Of a DNA stretch of 64,000 nucleotides, positions 38,200-50,675 are shown in pieces. Below the pieces are notes generated by a model. The model made no database searches. It saw nothing but the letters and a program-made list of their open reading frames with translations, and was not told where the DNA came from. The position numbers were made by a program, and so were the translations under genes. Position 1 is the first letter of the stretch. Every line of letters begins with the position of its first letter. The stretch comes from Chiloscyllium plagiosum. Its lineage: Eukaryota. The DNA lies in contig NC_057719.1 in NCBI RefSeq assembly GCF_004010195.1, positions 75,314,597 to 75,378,596 on the forward strand, given 5' to 3'.

Positions 38200-38890
38200 C
38201 TTGGAGCAGGAGTAGGACTTCCAGTTCCTGGAGCCTGTCCTGACATTCTATTGGGTCATAGCTGACCGGATTGTGGCTTCAATTCCATATTCCCACTAAA
38301 ATAACTCCACAGAGGCTGGTATCCCATCACCAAGTCATCTTTTATTTACATGTGCACAGTACATGGAATCTGAACAGCCAGCACAGAGCCAGTCCCTAGA
38401 CGAGGAGACTCTCTGAGTCTCCTGTTTATATTTGTCAGCCAGGACTCCCTGCTTGGCCCAGGTTAACAACCCCAATCAGAGATCTCACAGTGATCCACCT
38501 TGCCCTTGTTCCAATCACTACACCAGCCAGACCCGATAACACACGGTTATGGCTCCTCCTCACCTTCAACTTCATTTTTCACTCATGCATACTCTCCAAA
38601 TCTCTTGATTCTCTATCTATCTGCTTGACTGAATATATTCAGCAATAGAATTTCCTTAACTCTTTGACATAGAAAATTCCAAAATGTCACAACCTTTTGA
38701 GGGCAGAAGTTTCTTCTCATCTCAGTGGCTATTTTCTTTTTTCCTTATCCTGTGACCGTGTTCTGTATTCTAGCTTCTCCAGTCAGGGAAACCTCAATGT
38801 CTCAGTGTCTATTCCATCGAACCCATTCAGAATCCCATGTGTTTCAATAAGATCTCCTCTCAGTCTCCTAATCACCAGAGAATATTGACT
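38200..38890 (-). mobile_element. Degenerate CR1 3' end hosting a solo-LTR candidate
   Basis: ggagcaggagtagg start; tgtttcaataagatctcctctc. Confidence 0.6.
38297..38522 (-). mobile_element. Solo LTR candidate (~226 bp)
   Basis: Minus strand TGTAGTG...AATAAA...GTTATTTTA (decayed CA end); flanks ccac/ccag resemble a 4-bp TSD; interrupts the CR1 UTR. Confidence 0.5.
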
Positions 38891-39119
38891 CAAAAATGCC
38901 CCCCCTCCAGCTTTCCCTTAAACACAATTAGCCTGTTCACATTAGACTCTCTTTGTGATAGCAAGGTCAAATTTGCAATCATTAGCAAACATCCCCACTT
39001 CTTTTGTTACGATGGAGGGAATGAAGGACATTACCCAGAGAAACATTATCCTGGGATTGAGATGATTGGATAAAACCAAGTAAAGACTTTTCTTTAGATA
39101 GGTGCATATGAATATACAA

Positions 39120-39490
39120 ACAAGGAATAGGAGTATGTCATTCAGCCTCTTAAATCCGCTCCACCATTTAATAGGATCATGCCTGATCTGATTGTAACCT
39201 CAAATCTACATTCATACCTTTCAACTCCTAGCTTAATAAGAATCTATTCGCCTCTGCTTCCATCATCTTCTCAGAAGAAGAGAGTTACAAAGACTCACAA
39301 TCCTCTGAGAGGAAAAAGAAATCAGCTTGTCTCTGTTTTTAATGGACCACCCCTTTATCTAAATAGTGAGCCCTAGATCTTGATTATCTTAAAAGCAGAA
39401 ACTTCCTTTCCCCGTATGCTTCAATAAGTTGCCTTTACTCTTTTAAACTCCAGCAGATCCAAGTCCAGCCTGTCCCACCTTCCTCAGAAT
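39120..39490 (-). mobile_element. CR1 3' fragment
   Basis: aggaataggagtatgtcattcagcctc...aataggatcatgcctgatctg. Confidence 0.6.
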
Positions 39491-39499
39491 GATCACCTG

Positions 39500-39900
39500 C
39501 TCATTCTCGGTAGTAGTCTCGTCTGGCTGCTACCATTGGAGAATTTTCCATCTAATTCCTCGCTGGTTTCGCTTTGGCTGGAGTTCTTTGATGTTACAAT
39601 CTGTCAAATCCTGCCCAAATACAAAGAACACTCAATCTCACCTTATCTCTGGATTTCAGCTCATTTGTTCATACTTGCACGAGCCCGTAATGAAGTCAGA
39701 AACTGAGTGACCCTGGCGAACTCAAACTGAGTGTCAATGAGCAGTTAAAGGTTGAGCCAGTGCTGCTTGATACTACCTCCATCAATGTGATGATGATTGA
39801 GAGTGGATTGGATCTGTCTTGATTTTTGTGCACAGGATGTACCAAGGCAATTGTACACATTGTCAGATAGATGTCAATGTTTTATGTCAAGTTGACATAT
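39500..39900 (-). mobile_element. CR1-like (second family) RT fragment
   Basis: Similar to 62130-62360 (gtaatgaagtcagaaactgagtgaccctggcgaactcaaactgagtgtca). Confidence 0.6.
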
Positions 39901-40871
39901 GAACTTGTAATTCCATTATAAAAGTTTTATAAAAGTCAAAAGATGACTGTGGATGTAAACTCCATTCCTGTCTGGTGGGGTACTGGAAGGATCCATGGAA
40001 TGTCACACTTGGACAGAGTGAGGGAAACTTCAAACAGGACAACAGGAAGAGATGACCAAGTGCTGTCAATGCACCCTGCACTCAGCAGGAAGCCATCTCC
40101 TGCAGACATGTTTATGCTTTACATTTCTAGGGAAATCAAAAAGAATTGGTTAAAAACTGACTGCAGTCCTGGTCAATGTGTTAGTGCCTGTTAGTAGTGA
40201 AGGTGAATGTTCTGTGAAGGTGAGAATGATCATTAACCACTCCTGCGCTGCAGGTTAAAAAAGGGGTAAAAGACATCCTCACTGTCAAAAAGAACCAGGA
40301 TGAAAGAATTTCAATCAGTTTGCAAAAGACAAGGATCCCAGAAGCATTTCAACCCAAAAGGAGTCCATTGAGGCCATCATGTCTACACCAGCTCTCCAAA
40401 TGAATACCATTACCTCTCACCGATCTCCCACTTTTTTCTATATCCTTGCACAGTATTGACATCCAAATTATTACCCAATAGTTTCTTCAATTGAACCTGC
40501 CTCCAATTCCTTGCAAACCTGGATACTCACTGGGTGAAGTTTTTTTTCATGTCACATTTGTTCCTTTTGCAAATCGTGTTCATTCTATGCCCTTTCATTC
40601 CTGTTTCTTGTATAAGCAGGAGCAGTTTCTCCATATCCACTCTATCCTGCCCTCTTGTGACTTTGAAAATCTCGGTCAGATCTCCTTTTAACCTTCATCT
40701 TTCCAATGAGAACAGTTCCACTTTCTTCAATCTATCCTTCTAACTGAAGTACCTCAGATCACGGGATCACAGAGTTTTTATGGTGCAGAAGGATGCTATT
40801 CAGACCACTGTGCCTACACTAATTCTCTTACATTCTGTGAAATTCTTTTATTTTCCCCTCATCCCATTTCG

Positions 40872-41243
40872 AGAATCGTAGAAACACAGAAACCTGATAG
40901 TGCTTAAAGAGGCCATTTGGCCCATCAAGTCTGCACAGACCCTCTGAACAGCAGCCCACTCAAACCTACCCCTCTCCCCACCCTACGCCTGTGACCCTGC
41001 ATTTCCCATGGCTAACCCATCCATCCTGCATGTCGCTGGACGCGACAGGTTGACTTAGCATGGCCAACCTACCTAACCTGCACATCTTTGGATTATGGAA
41101 AGGAACCGTGGCACATGGAGGAAACCCACGCAGACGCGGGGAGAATGTGCAAACTCCACACAGACAGACACCCAAGACTGGAATCAAACCCAGTTCCCTG
41201 GTGCTGTGAGGCAGCAGTGCTAACCACTGAGCCACAGTATCAC
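40872..41243 (-). mobile_element. HE1-type SINE
   Basis: ggaaacccacgcagacgcggggagaatgtgcaaactccacacagaca...gcagtgctaaccactgagccac. Confidence 0.88.
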
Positions 41244-41449
41244 CCAAATAACCATCCAATACCCTCTTGAATGCCTCATTTGAACTTGCCTCAACCACAT
41301 TTTCAGGCACAGGGTTTTATACAAGAACTACTCCTTGCAATCTCCCCCTTCGATCTCACTCTCTCTTCTTGCTAAATGCTTGGATGCAGCTCATTCAGTC
41401 CTGGTACCTTTTCAATTTGAAGTTCCTGCAAGCTAACCAAAATTTCTAA

Positions 41450-42170
41450 ATTATCAATTTTAATCCCTTCCTCCTGCTCAGTCAGCATAGCCTGGGTACC
41501 ATCTCCCTCTTTGGTAAAGACAAATGCAAGGTATTCATTTAGAACTCAACAAATGATTCCTGTTTCCAAATGTAAATCTCCTTTTTTAGTCTCTAATCAG
41601 CCCTACTTCTCCTTTTACTGTGTATATGCCTATGGAAGCCTTGAGGCATCCTTTTATGTTGGCTGTCATTTTTTTCTCAACATTTCTGTTTCTTCTGTTA
41701 TCTGTTTTTTTCACCTTCTCTCTGAGTCTGCTGAATTCCTTTTGGTTCTCAATTGTGTTTTCTACCTGACTTCTGTCAAAAGCACACTTTTTATTTTTTA
41801 TCTTAATTTCTATCTTCTCCCAGGAGTTCCCTCCAAGGGAGCCTGCATTTGTTTGTTCCACCTTTCCCATTTGAAGGAATCTACCACAACAATTTCCAAA
41901 GTTTCTCCTTTCTGAAGGTAGCCTATTGTTCAGTTACAGATCTCCCCAGCAATGTCGCATTCTAGTCTATCCTGGCCAATTACGTTAATGCCCCATTAGA
42001 CTCGCCTATCCGCCAATTAATTTTTCTGATCTGAATTGTTGCATGTAATTCGCCACCACCACCCTGAACCTAATGACACAATGATCGCTGTCTTCTAAAT
42101 GCTCTCCCACTGACACTTGATCCATTTGGCCCACCTCAATTCCAAGGATCAGGTTCAACAGTGTGTCTTA
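41450..42170 (-). mobile_element. CR1 ORF2 N-terminal relic
   Basis: aagtgtcagtgggagagcatttagaagacagcgatcattg (VSVGEHLEDSDH) on the minus strand. Confidence 0.6.
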
Positions 42171-42171
42171 A

Positions 42172-42272
42172 CTAAAAACAGAAATTCCTGGTGAAACTCA
42201 GCAAATCTGGCAGTATCTGTGGAGAGAAAACCGAGTCAATATTTCGAATCCAGTGACTGTTCATCAGAATCC
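42172..42272 (-). mobile_element. Family B single arm
   Basis: aaaacagaaattcctggtgaaactcagcaaatctggcagtatctgtggagag...tttcgaatccagtgactgttcatcagaa; minus-strand CUGAUGA...GAAA. Confidence 0.7.
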
Positions 42273-44767
42273 AGAATCAGAATCAGAGAAGAATTGCCCT
42301 TCACTGCCCCTTGCTTTACCAGTAACTCATTTTACATTGGGTCAATTGAGTCTCTCGCATTATAACTACACTATAATGTTGGTACCTCTCTGTAATTTCC
42401 CTGCAGATTTGTTCCTCTTCATCCTTCTCACTAATTAGCCTCAAAATTGATTGGTTCACATACCAATGTCAATGCTATTGGTACAACCTAATGTTATGAC
42501 TGCAAAGCTTCACAACTGGCTTATAGACTAATTCTTGTTCTTAAATTTTTACCTTTTTTGGACTCTCACCCGGATGAGGAATTAAAAAGTACGTGTGCTG
42601 CGTTGTTATTTCTTGCATTTATAACTAATAAACGCTCTCTTTTGTTAACTCAAGAAAGCCTGGTTAAATTGGCTCCTTTTAAAACTCAAGTTCCTTAGGA
42701 TCTGGAAGAAAGGTATCCAAGAGGGAAAGGATTCTTTTTTAAATTAACCTTGTTTTGACTAAACGATGGGGAGCAGGTTAAAAAAGAAGGGGATCCAGTT
42801 CATCCTTCCTCACCCTAATGCTTAATTGTTTGGGGTATCCTGTCCAAAATGGGAACCAACTGGGGAACCTCACTTGGGAGACTGGTCAGAACACTCCACC
42901 ACTGGGTGCACAGTGGCAGAAGTGTGTAACATCTCTATAGCATGTATTACTGCAACTTGCCCAGACTGCTTTGACCGTTTCTCTCAAACCAACATCCTTT
43001 ACTGCTTTGATAGATAAGAGCACTTGGTAAATGGGAACTGCAACACTTGAAAGTTTACCTCCAAGTTATCCATAATCTTGACTTGGAACGACATCACTGA
43101 TACTTGACTCACACTCAGTCAAGTTCTGAAGCTCCCTCTTTAAGAACACCGTGCATGTACAAACTCTAATGGCCTGCTATACTTCTTGAAGATAGCACAC
43201 CACCACCTTTTAGATTTTGGAAATGGATACTGGCTTTGCTAGGAGAAATTCTATCTTGGAAATGAATGAATCACAAACGGGGTAAAATCTCTCCCAATGT
43301 CTTGCCTCTTCCTCTCTTTTAAACATTTAGAAACTTTAACATTCCAAAGATCGCTGCTTTAACTTTTCATGGAGGATGTCATGATAACCCTCTATGCAAA
43401 GATTTTTTTTATAACCTCCCTCTTCATTCTTGGTGACAATTAAATTGATGACCCCAAAACCACTGATATCTCATTCAAAAACAAGCGACAACCCTTCAAA
43501 ATGTGACAGCTGGCATTTCTATCTTGGAGAAAGAATGGACGCATAATGGGGTCCATAATTTTCTTTATATTTCATTTGTAAATTCTTGCCAAAATAACTA
43601 CAACTGCAAACTGAAATCACCGAGATGCAATTTGATGGTGGTGGTGGTGTTTATTTTTCAGAGTTGTTGATTAACTACGTTGTGTGACTGAAATGAGAGG
43701 CTCCAGTCAGACTGGAGCCTTCAGTCCTGAACCCTGTAGCAGACAAAACCTGGCAACGACGTGTAGCAGCTTCAGGGACTTTGTTTGTTGGCCATGTCCA
43801 ATGTTTCCTGACTTTCCAATCATGGTTTTTTTCCAGTTTACTCCTATGTAACAATTAGTTCAGTACTCCAATTTGGCAGCTAAAAGTTTGCATTTCTTCC
43901 ATTCAAAATTAGCCACCTTTTGAAAAGAAAACATCAAAATCAGATTGAGCAGAACAAAGGATCCTTGCTTCACTTGCAGAGTGTTCTTTGCTACTGATAA
44001 CAATTTGAAGGGGTAATGGCTAATCAGCAGCTCCACATTGTGAAATGCACAAATAAAAGAGAAGAAACATTCTTGTTGTAAGGCCATTCTAACTGAACTC
44101 ACTGCATGGGAAATCTATACAATCAGTTGGAAACACCTCGTTCAGTATTACTTACCATTGAGTTCAGCCACTTGGGATGTAAAACCAGAGCTGCATACAA
44201 TCCTGTCAGTTTCTCAGTAGATAGGTCAGATTACCATTGCTCCATGGTTTGTAAAACACTTCTCATTCTGAAGAGTGACTGACTGTTGTGAAATAATTAC
44301 TTGTTGATATATCCTGGTGAACTTATTTTTTGACAAATTCGTTCATGGGATGTGGGCATCACTGGCTAAATTGGCATGTATGGCCCACCCCAAATTGCCC
44401 TTGGCTGTGAAAAGATGAATCCTCACCACAACTCATCATGGTGTCAGATCCCCATTTGGTAGTGTTGCTGCCACCATGTTCTTTCCTGGTAGCCGATCTA
44501 CAGGGATTTCTGGGTCTGGCAGAACATTCTATCAGTAGTCTCATGAGAAGAGGCTCTCCTCTTAAGGAAGATGTTGGCTATTGCATGATGGTAACCTAAA
44601 GGTACAATTTACATTGGCATGATCAACATTATAACTGAGAGTCTGAAGGGCATCCCAATGTTAGGTCTTACTCCTTCAAGATCTAAAGCTGCTGTCCCAC
44701 CCTAGTCCGTGAGACATCACCATACGCCTCAGCATTAACCCTTTCACATCCTTAGACCCCCATGCAG

Positions 44768-45395
44768 CATAGAGTCATACAGAACAGAAACAGACCCTTT
44801 GGCCCAACTCATCCATGCCAACCAGTTTTCCTAAACTGAACGAGTCCCATTTGCCTACAATTATGCCCCTCTAATCCTTTCCTATCCGTGTACCTGTCCA
44901 AATGTTGTAACTGCACCCACTTCTACCACTTCCTTTGGCAGCTCGTTCCATACACACCGCCCTCTGTGTGAAAAAGGTGTCCCTTAGGTCCTTTTTAAAT
45001 GTTTCTTCTCTCACACTAAACCTATGCCCTCCAATTTTGGACTCCCTACCCTGAGAAAAAGACCTTTGTAATTCACTTTATCTGTGCCCCTCATGATTTT
45101 TATAAACCTCTATAATGTCAACCCTCTGCCTCCTAAGCTTCAGGAAAAACAGCCCTAGCCTCCCCAGCCCCTCCTTATTACTCAAACCTTCCAGTCTCAG
45201 TAACATCCTTGTAAGTCTTTTTTGCACACTTTCAAGTTTAATAATATCCTTCCTATAGCAGAGCGACCAGAATTATATGTAGCACTCCAAATATGGCCTT
45301 GTACAGCCTTAACATGGTGTCCCAATTCCAGTATTCAGTGGTCTGATTGATGAAGGCAAGCATGCCAAACACCTTCACCACATTATCTACCTGGG
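44768..45395 (-). mobile_element. HER1/CR1 3' fragment
   Basis: catagagtcat tail; ccctctgtgtgaaaaag; aaacctatgccctc. Confidence 0.85.
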
Positions 45396-45692
45396 ATGCA
45401 ACTTGAACTGCTGCAGGCCATGCTGTGTAATTGTACTGAGAATGCTGTTAGGAAGGAAGATCCAGGATTTTGATCCAGCGACATTGAAGGAATAATGATA
45501 CAGAGCAGAATCTCCCAGTGGTGATAGAGTAGGAAGTGGGTAGTTAGGAAGGGTGATGTCTTCGTCAATTCCCACCAGCTCGCACCCTCCACCAGAATTA
45601 GGTTGGATTGGGGGGTGGAGAGGTTCTATTGTTCCTGTTCCCATTCTGCCACCTATTCAGACTCTTAACAAGCTGATTCATGGCCATCCAAA

Positions 45693-45810
45693 TGAGGGCA
45701 CTTTGCTGCAGTAGTAATCTCTTTTGTGTTGGACCAGGAGGCCAGGGTTAAAGACTGACTTGCTCCAGAGGTGTGCAACCACGTCTCTGAACAGGTTGAT
45801 TCAGAAATAG
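45693..45810 (+). mobile_element. Short tRNA-like SINE relic
   Basis: Similar to 63210-63305 (gcagtggtaatgtccct...gggttcaagtcc...catctctgaacagg). Confidence 0.5.
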
Positions 45811-46388
45811 CTGACCACCTAAAGGCTTCACAGCATTGCTGCTGTGATTAACCCAGTGGCAAGTGAGCCTAATGTCATGGAATGGATCTGGAGGCAAAAT
45901 AAAGACAGGCTGCTTATCAGCTGGTATCGGGGTGGGAGGGAGGTCGCTCAAGAAAAGGCAATCATTATCTTAGGCATGTACATAGGACAGGAGGTGCGTA
46001 TAGGCAACCCCTACCCTTACCTCCAACTGCCTCACCACTTAAGAACCCCACTCCTAGAAACCATATACCTCGAAGAAAAATCACTTATTTTGCTTCAGGG
46101 ATTCTTTGAATCCAGCTTCACTATTCTGGCAGCAGCCTCCACCGCGGTTCTGTGAAAACGCACAAGCAGCAGGTCTCTGATTTCACCAGTCAATTTTGGT
46201 CACTCAGATTCTTGCCCTTAATACAGAGGAAGACCCACCCATCTCCTCAGAACTGCCTGACTCGCAGAAAAATCCAGCAGTTCCACATTACTAACAGAAG
46301 GTTCAGCTTGTATTTCCAAGTCAGGATGGTAAGTTGCTGGTGGTATCCTTGCAGATAGTGGTCCTATGCTTCTGCTGTCCTTGCCCAA

Positions 46389-46725
46389 AGAATCCCGACA
46401 GTGCAGATAGAGGCCACTCGGCCCATTAAGTCTGCATTGACCCACCAAAGAGCAGCCCACCCCAGACCCACCCCTTACCCTATCCCGTAGCCTAACCCAC
46501 CTATCCTGCACATCCCTGGACACAATTGGCAATTCAGCATGGCCAATCCACTTAATCTGCACATCTTTGGACTGTGGGAGGAAACCGGAGTACCTGGAGG
46601 AAACCCACACAGACACAGGGAGAATGTGCAAACTCCACACAGACAGAGACCTGAGGCTTGAATTGAACCTGGGTACCCAGTGCTGTGAGGCAGCAGTGCT
46701 AACCACTGACCCACCGTGCCGCCCA
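46389..46725 (-). mobile_element. HE1-type SINE inserted in a CR1-like fragment (46300-47040)
   Basis: Full head ggcggcacggtgggtcagtggttagcactgctgcc on the minus strand. Confidence 0.9.
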
Positions 46726-47389
46726 CCTTTATGGTATAATTTGTGAGTTTGCGGTCCAAACAGTCTTGATGTGTTACCACAGTACATCTTATAAATGATA
46801 CCGACTGTGCTACTGAGTGTCAGTGGAAGAGGAGGCGAATGGTTACAGTGAAAGATAGATATTTTGTTAAGCTACTTTGTTCTGGTGTTGAGTTCTTGAG
46901 CATCATCAGAGCTAGACTCATTAAGGCAAATGGGCAGTATCCTGTTACACTTCTGACTTCTGCCTTGCAGATGGTGGACAGGGTTTGGGAAGACAGGAAA
47001 AGAATTACTTGCTATGGAGTCCCAGGTTGTGATCTGTATTTTATTCCAATTTGAAACGATTTTGGAAAGATTTGCTTTAACACAGTATTTTTCATTATCA
47101 CCATTGTCTTAAAGTTTTTTACAGCAATTGCACCAGGTGTACCTGCTAATGTAATGTAGGAAGCTAAAGGGGACACCACACATTCCTTTTGAACAAATTT
47201 CACCCAGAAACCTCAAACGTTGGTCAGGCGTTTACAAGCGAAGGTCACACTTTGAGATCGGCCCGCTTGAAAGGCACTCCGCTACCATTTTTCATTTTGT
47301 TAGAAGTCAACACAGTACGGTCAAAGAGAAATGGACTCGAAGTCCATGTACTTTTTATTCAATCACACAGTATAACTTAGATCAGTGCG

Positions 47390-48110
47390 AAGTTTTCTAG
47401 TCCATTAGGAAAAAAAATCAGATTGGCAGGGTGATAGGTTGGCAAACATTGGCGTGCGAAGGAACCTAGGTGGCCTTGTACAAGACCAAATGAAAGCAAG
47501 TATGCAGGTGCAGCACGCAGTCAGGTATCCAAATGGCATAGTGGCTTTCATTGTAAGAGGGCTTGAGTACAAGAACAAGGGTGTCTTACTGCAGTAGTAC
47601 TGGGCTTGGCGAGATCACACCTGGGGTTCTGAGTACAATTTTGGCCATATCTAAGAAAAGATAATACTTACCACAGAGGGAGTTCAGCAAAGGTGCACCA
47701 GGCTGATTCCTGCATTGGCAGGCTTATCATTTGAGGATTGGCTGGATTGGTGTCTGGCCTGGTGTTCTCTGGATTTTAGAAGAATGAGAGGACACCTCAT
47801 TTGAACCATATAAAACCCTGACAAGGCTGGATGGATTGGATACAAGGATGATGTTGCTGTCAGGTCCAGAGCAAGGAGGGCTCCATCTCAGAGTACAGCG
47901 GGCAGCCTATTTCAAAATGTGATGAGGATAAATATTTTCTCTCGGAGGATGATGAACCTGCGGAATTTTCTGCCACAGAAAACTGCAAAGGCCAAGTCGC
48001 TGAATATGTGTGGGACAGAAATTCATTCCTAGAGGACAGTGGTGTCAAAGAACATGGTGAGAAAGTGGAAGTGTGGTGCTGATAGATCAGTCAGCATCAG
48101 GTTGAATGGG
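47390..48110 (+). mobile_element. Degenerate CR1 3' region
   Basis: atgcaggtgcagcacgcagtcagg; tttagaagaatgagaggacacctc; tgcggaattttctgcca. Confidence 0.65.
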
Positions 48111-48159
48111 ATCAATGGGACAGTGTTCTTAATTTCTAACTTCTTTTTCATTCTTTCAA

Positions 48160-48500
48160 GGGATGTGGACATCATTAACAAGTTTTTGTTACTCAACCTT
48201 AATTGCCCTTAAACTGTTATTCTATTTCAGGGTGGGGGCAGATAAAAGTCAAACATATTGCTGTGGGTCTGGAGTCATATTTAGACTAGATCAGATTTCT
48301 TTACCGAAAGAATTTGAGGAAACCAGATTTTTTTGTGATGATCCATGGCAGGTTCATGGTCTGCTACTGAGAGTAGTTTTCAATTCCAGAATTATTCATC
48401 AAATTTCATGCCACGAGCTGCCATGGTGGATTTTGAACCTCCAGAGCAATAGCCTGGGCCTCTGGATGATCACTTCAGTGATATTATTACTACATCACTG
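48160..48500 (-). mobile_element. SINE of the 27110 family
   Basis: acatattgctgtgggtctggagtcatat...gagctgccatggtggattttgaacc. Confidence 0.6.
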
Positions 48501-48519
48501 TCTTCTGTATTTCAATTTC

Positions 48520-48615
48520 AGCAGTATATTTCAAGTCATACAGTTCAGTGTAAAGTCAGTCAGCAATACATTTCAGCCTAGTGTCAGCAATACAGTTCAG
48601 TGTAAAGTCAGCAGT
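48520..48615 (+). repeat. Degenerate minisatellite (tacagttcagtgtaaagtcag motif), left half
   Basis: Motif repeated here and continued at 50575-50675. Confidence 0.7.
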
Positions 48616-48671
48616 AAACAAAAACAGAAATTGCTGGAGAAACTCAGCAAGCCTGGCAACTTCTGTGGAGA

Positions 48672-49003
48672 TTAGATTAGATTTCCTGTAGTATGGAAAC
48701 AGGCCCTTCGGCCCAACAAGTCCACACCGACTCTCCGAAGAGTAACCCACTCAGACCCATTTCCCAACCCTATATCTATCCCTGACTAATGCACCTAACA
48801 CTATGGGCAATTTAGCATGGCCAATTCACCCGACATATACATCTTTGGATTGTAGGAATAAACCGGACCCTGAGGAAACCCACGCAGACACAGGGAGAAT
48901 GTGCAAACTCCACACCCCCGACAGTCACCCGAGGCAGGAATGAAACCCGGGTTCCTGACGCTGTGAGGGTGCTGTGCTAACCACTGAGCCACCGTACCAC
49001 CCA
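48672..49003 (-). mobile_element. HE1-type SINE
   Basis: (taatc)n tail (ttagattagat on plus); gggtggtacggtggctcagtggttagcac head. Confidence 0.9.
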
Positions 49004-49341
49004 TTGGGGTAAGGACATGAGAGGACATGCTCAGGCCTTAAAATTATTGAACTCGATATCAAGTCCTGAAGATTGCAGGGTACCCAAGTGGAAACTGAGG
49101 TGCAGTTCTTCCAGCTTGTGCTGAGCTTTGCTGGAGCACTACAGCAAGCCTGAGACAGACATGTCGGTCTGAGAACAGGGTGGTGTGTTGAAGTGACAGG
49201 CAACAGGAAGCTCAGGGTTTTTTTTGAGGACAGAGTGTAGGTGTTCTGCAAGCAGTCGCCCAGTGTGCAATTCACATCCCCATTGTGTACAGCAGACTAC
49301 ATAATAAACAACAAATACAGTAGACTAGATTGAATGAAGTG

Positions 49342-49683
49342 GGGTAGGGTAAAAAGACAAGGTCTTTTCTCTGGGCTGGGTGAATCCAGAACTAGAATGT
49401 AAGTTTAGGGTGAAAGGGAAAAGATTTAAAATGGACCTAAGGGGTAACTTTTTCACACAGAGGGTGGTGCGTGTATGGAATGAGCTGCCAGAGGAAGTGG
49501 TGGAGGCTGGTACAATTACAACTTTTAAATGGTATCTGGATAGGTACACGAATAGGAAGGGTTTAGAGGGATATGGGCCAACTGTTGGCAAATGGGATGA
49601 GATTAATTTAGGATATCTAGTCAGCATGGATGGACCAAAGGGTTTGTTTCCGTGCTGTATGTCTCTATGACTCCATGACTCTA
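49342..49683 (+). mobile_element. HER1/CR1 3' fragment nested in the Penelope GIY-YIG region
   Basis: FRVKGKRFKMDLRGNFFTQRVVRVWNELPEEVVEAG; splits gaagtg|caggtaaatcg. Confidence 0.88.
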
Positions 49684-50574
49684 ATGCAGGTAAATCGCTG
49701 CTTCACTTGAAAGGTAAGACTGGAGCCTTGGATAGTGAGGAGGGAGGAAGTAAACAGGTAAGTGTTACACCTTCTGTAATGGCATGGGGAGGTGCTGTTG
49801 GGGTGTGGGGAGTTGTTAGGAGTAGAGAAGGAGTAGATCCCTGCCGAAGCTGGAAACGGCAGCTAATAATATTTTAGATGTGGAGGCTGGTTGGACGGTA
49901 GGTGCGCACAGGGGGACTAGTTGTGGGAGGGAAGAGAGAGGGTGAGGGGCAAAGTGCAGGAGATGGGTCAGACCCAGTTAGGGTCTGTCAACAACGGTGC
50001 TGGGGAATTCTTGGTTGAGGAAGTAGGTGGACATTTTGGAGGCTCACTTATTGATATTAGCACCAGCAGAACAGATGCAACAGAGACAGAGGAACTGGGA
50101 GAATGGAATAGAGTCTTTACAGGGAGCGGGATGTGACAATATTTAATCAAAGTGATTATGGGAGTCGGTGAGTTTGTAATGGTTATTGGTGGCCAGTCTA
50201 TCCCCAAAAATGGAAACAGAGATGTCAAGGAAGGGAAAGGAAGAGTCAGAGATGGACCAGCCGAAGGTGAGAGCAGGCTAGAAACTGGAAGTGAAATTGA
50301 TAAACTTTTCCAATTCCAGACGAGAGGTGGAAACAGCACCGATGATGTCGGCAATGGACTGGAGAAAGAATTGTGGAGTAAGACTGGAACAAGGAATGCA
50401 CCACGTGCACCGCAAAGGGACAGGCATAACTGGGCCTGCATGGGGGTACCCACTGCCATCCCTCTGACCTGAAGAAAGTGGGAGGAGTTAAAGGAGAAGT
50501 TGTTCAAAGTGAGGACAAGCTTGACCAGACAGAGGAGGGTAGTGGTGGGTGGGGACAGTTCAGGCCTGTTTTTC

Positions 50575-50675
50575 GGTACTGTTCAGTGTACAGTCAGTAA
50601 GCTACACAGTCATCAGTACAATTCAGTGTACAATCAGCAAACAGTAGCAAGCAATACAGTTCAGTACAGCTCAGC
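50575..50675 (+). repeat. Degenerate minisatellite, right half
   Basis: gttcagtgtacagtcag, aattcagtgtacaatcag, caatacagttcagtacag. Confidence 0.7.

Larger units (their letters stand above)
48618..50570 (-). mobile_element. Penelope-like element relic (RT, GIY-YIG, family B terminal arm), interrupted by HE1 and HER1
   Basis: LNNFSFNSSHFLQVRGMAVGTPM (PLE RT); KQRFTC|TSFNLVYCICCLLCSLLY...LGDCLQN (GIY-YIG); 3' end 48618-48671 matches the family B arm. Confidence 0.8.

Noticed and set aside
46218..46787. 189-aa ORF and similar AQWLALLPHS... ORFs
   Set aside because: Translations of HE1 SINE sequence
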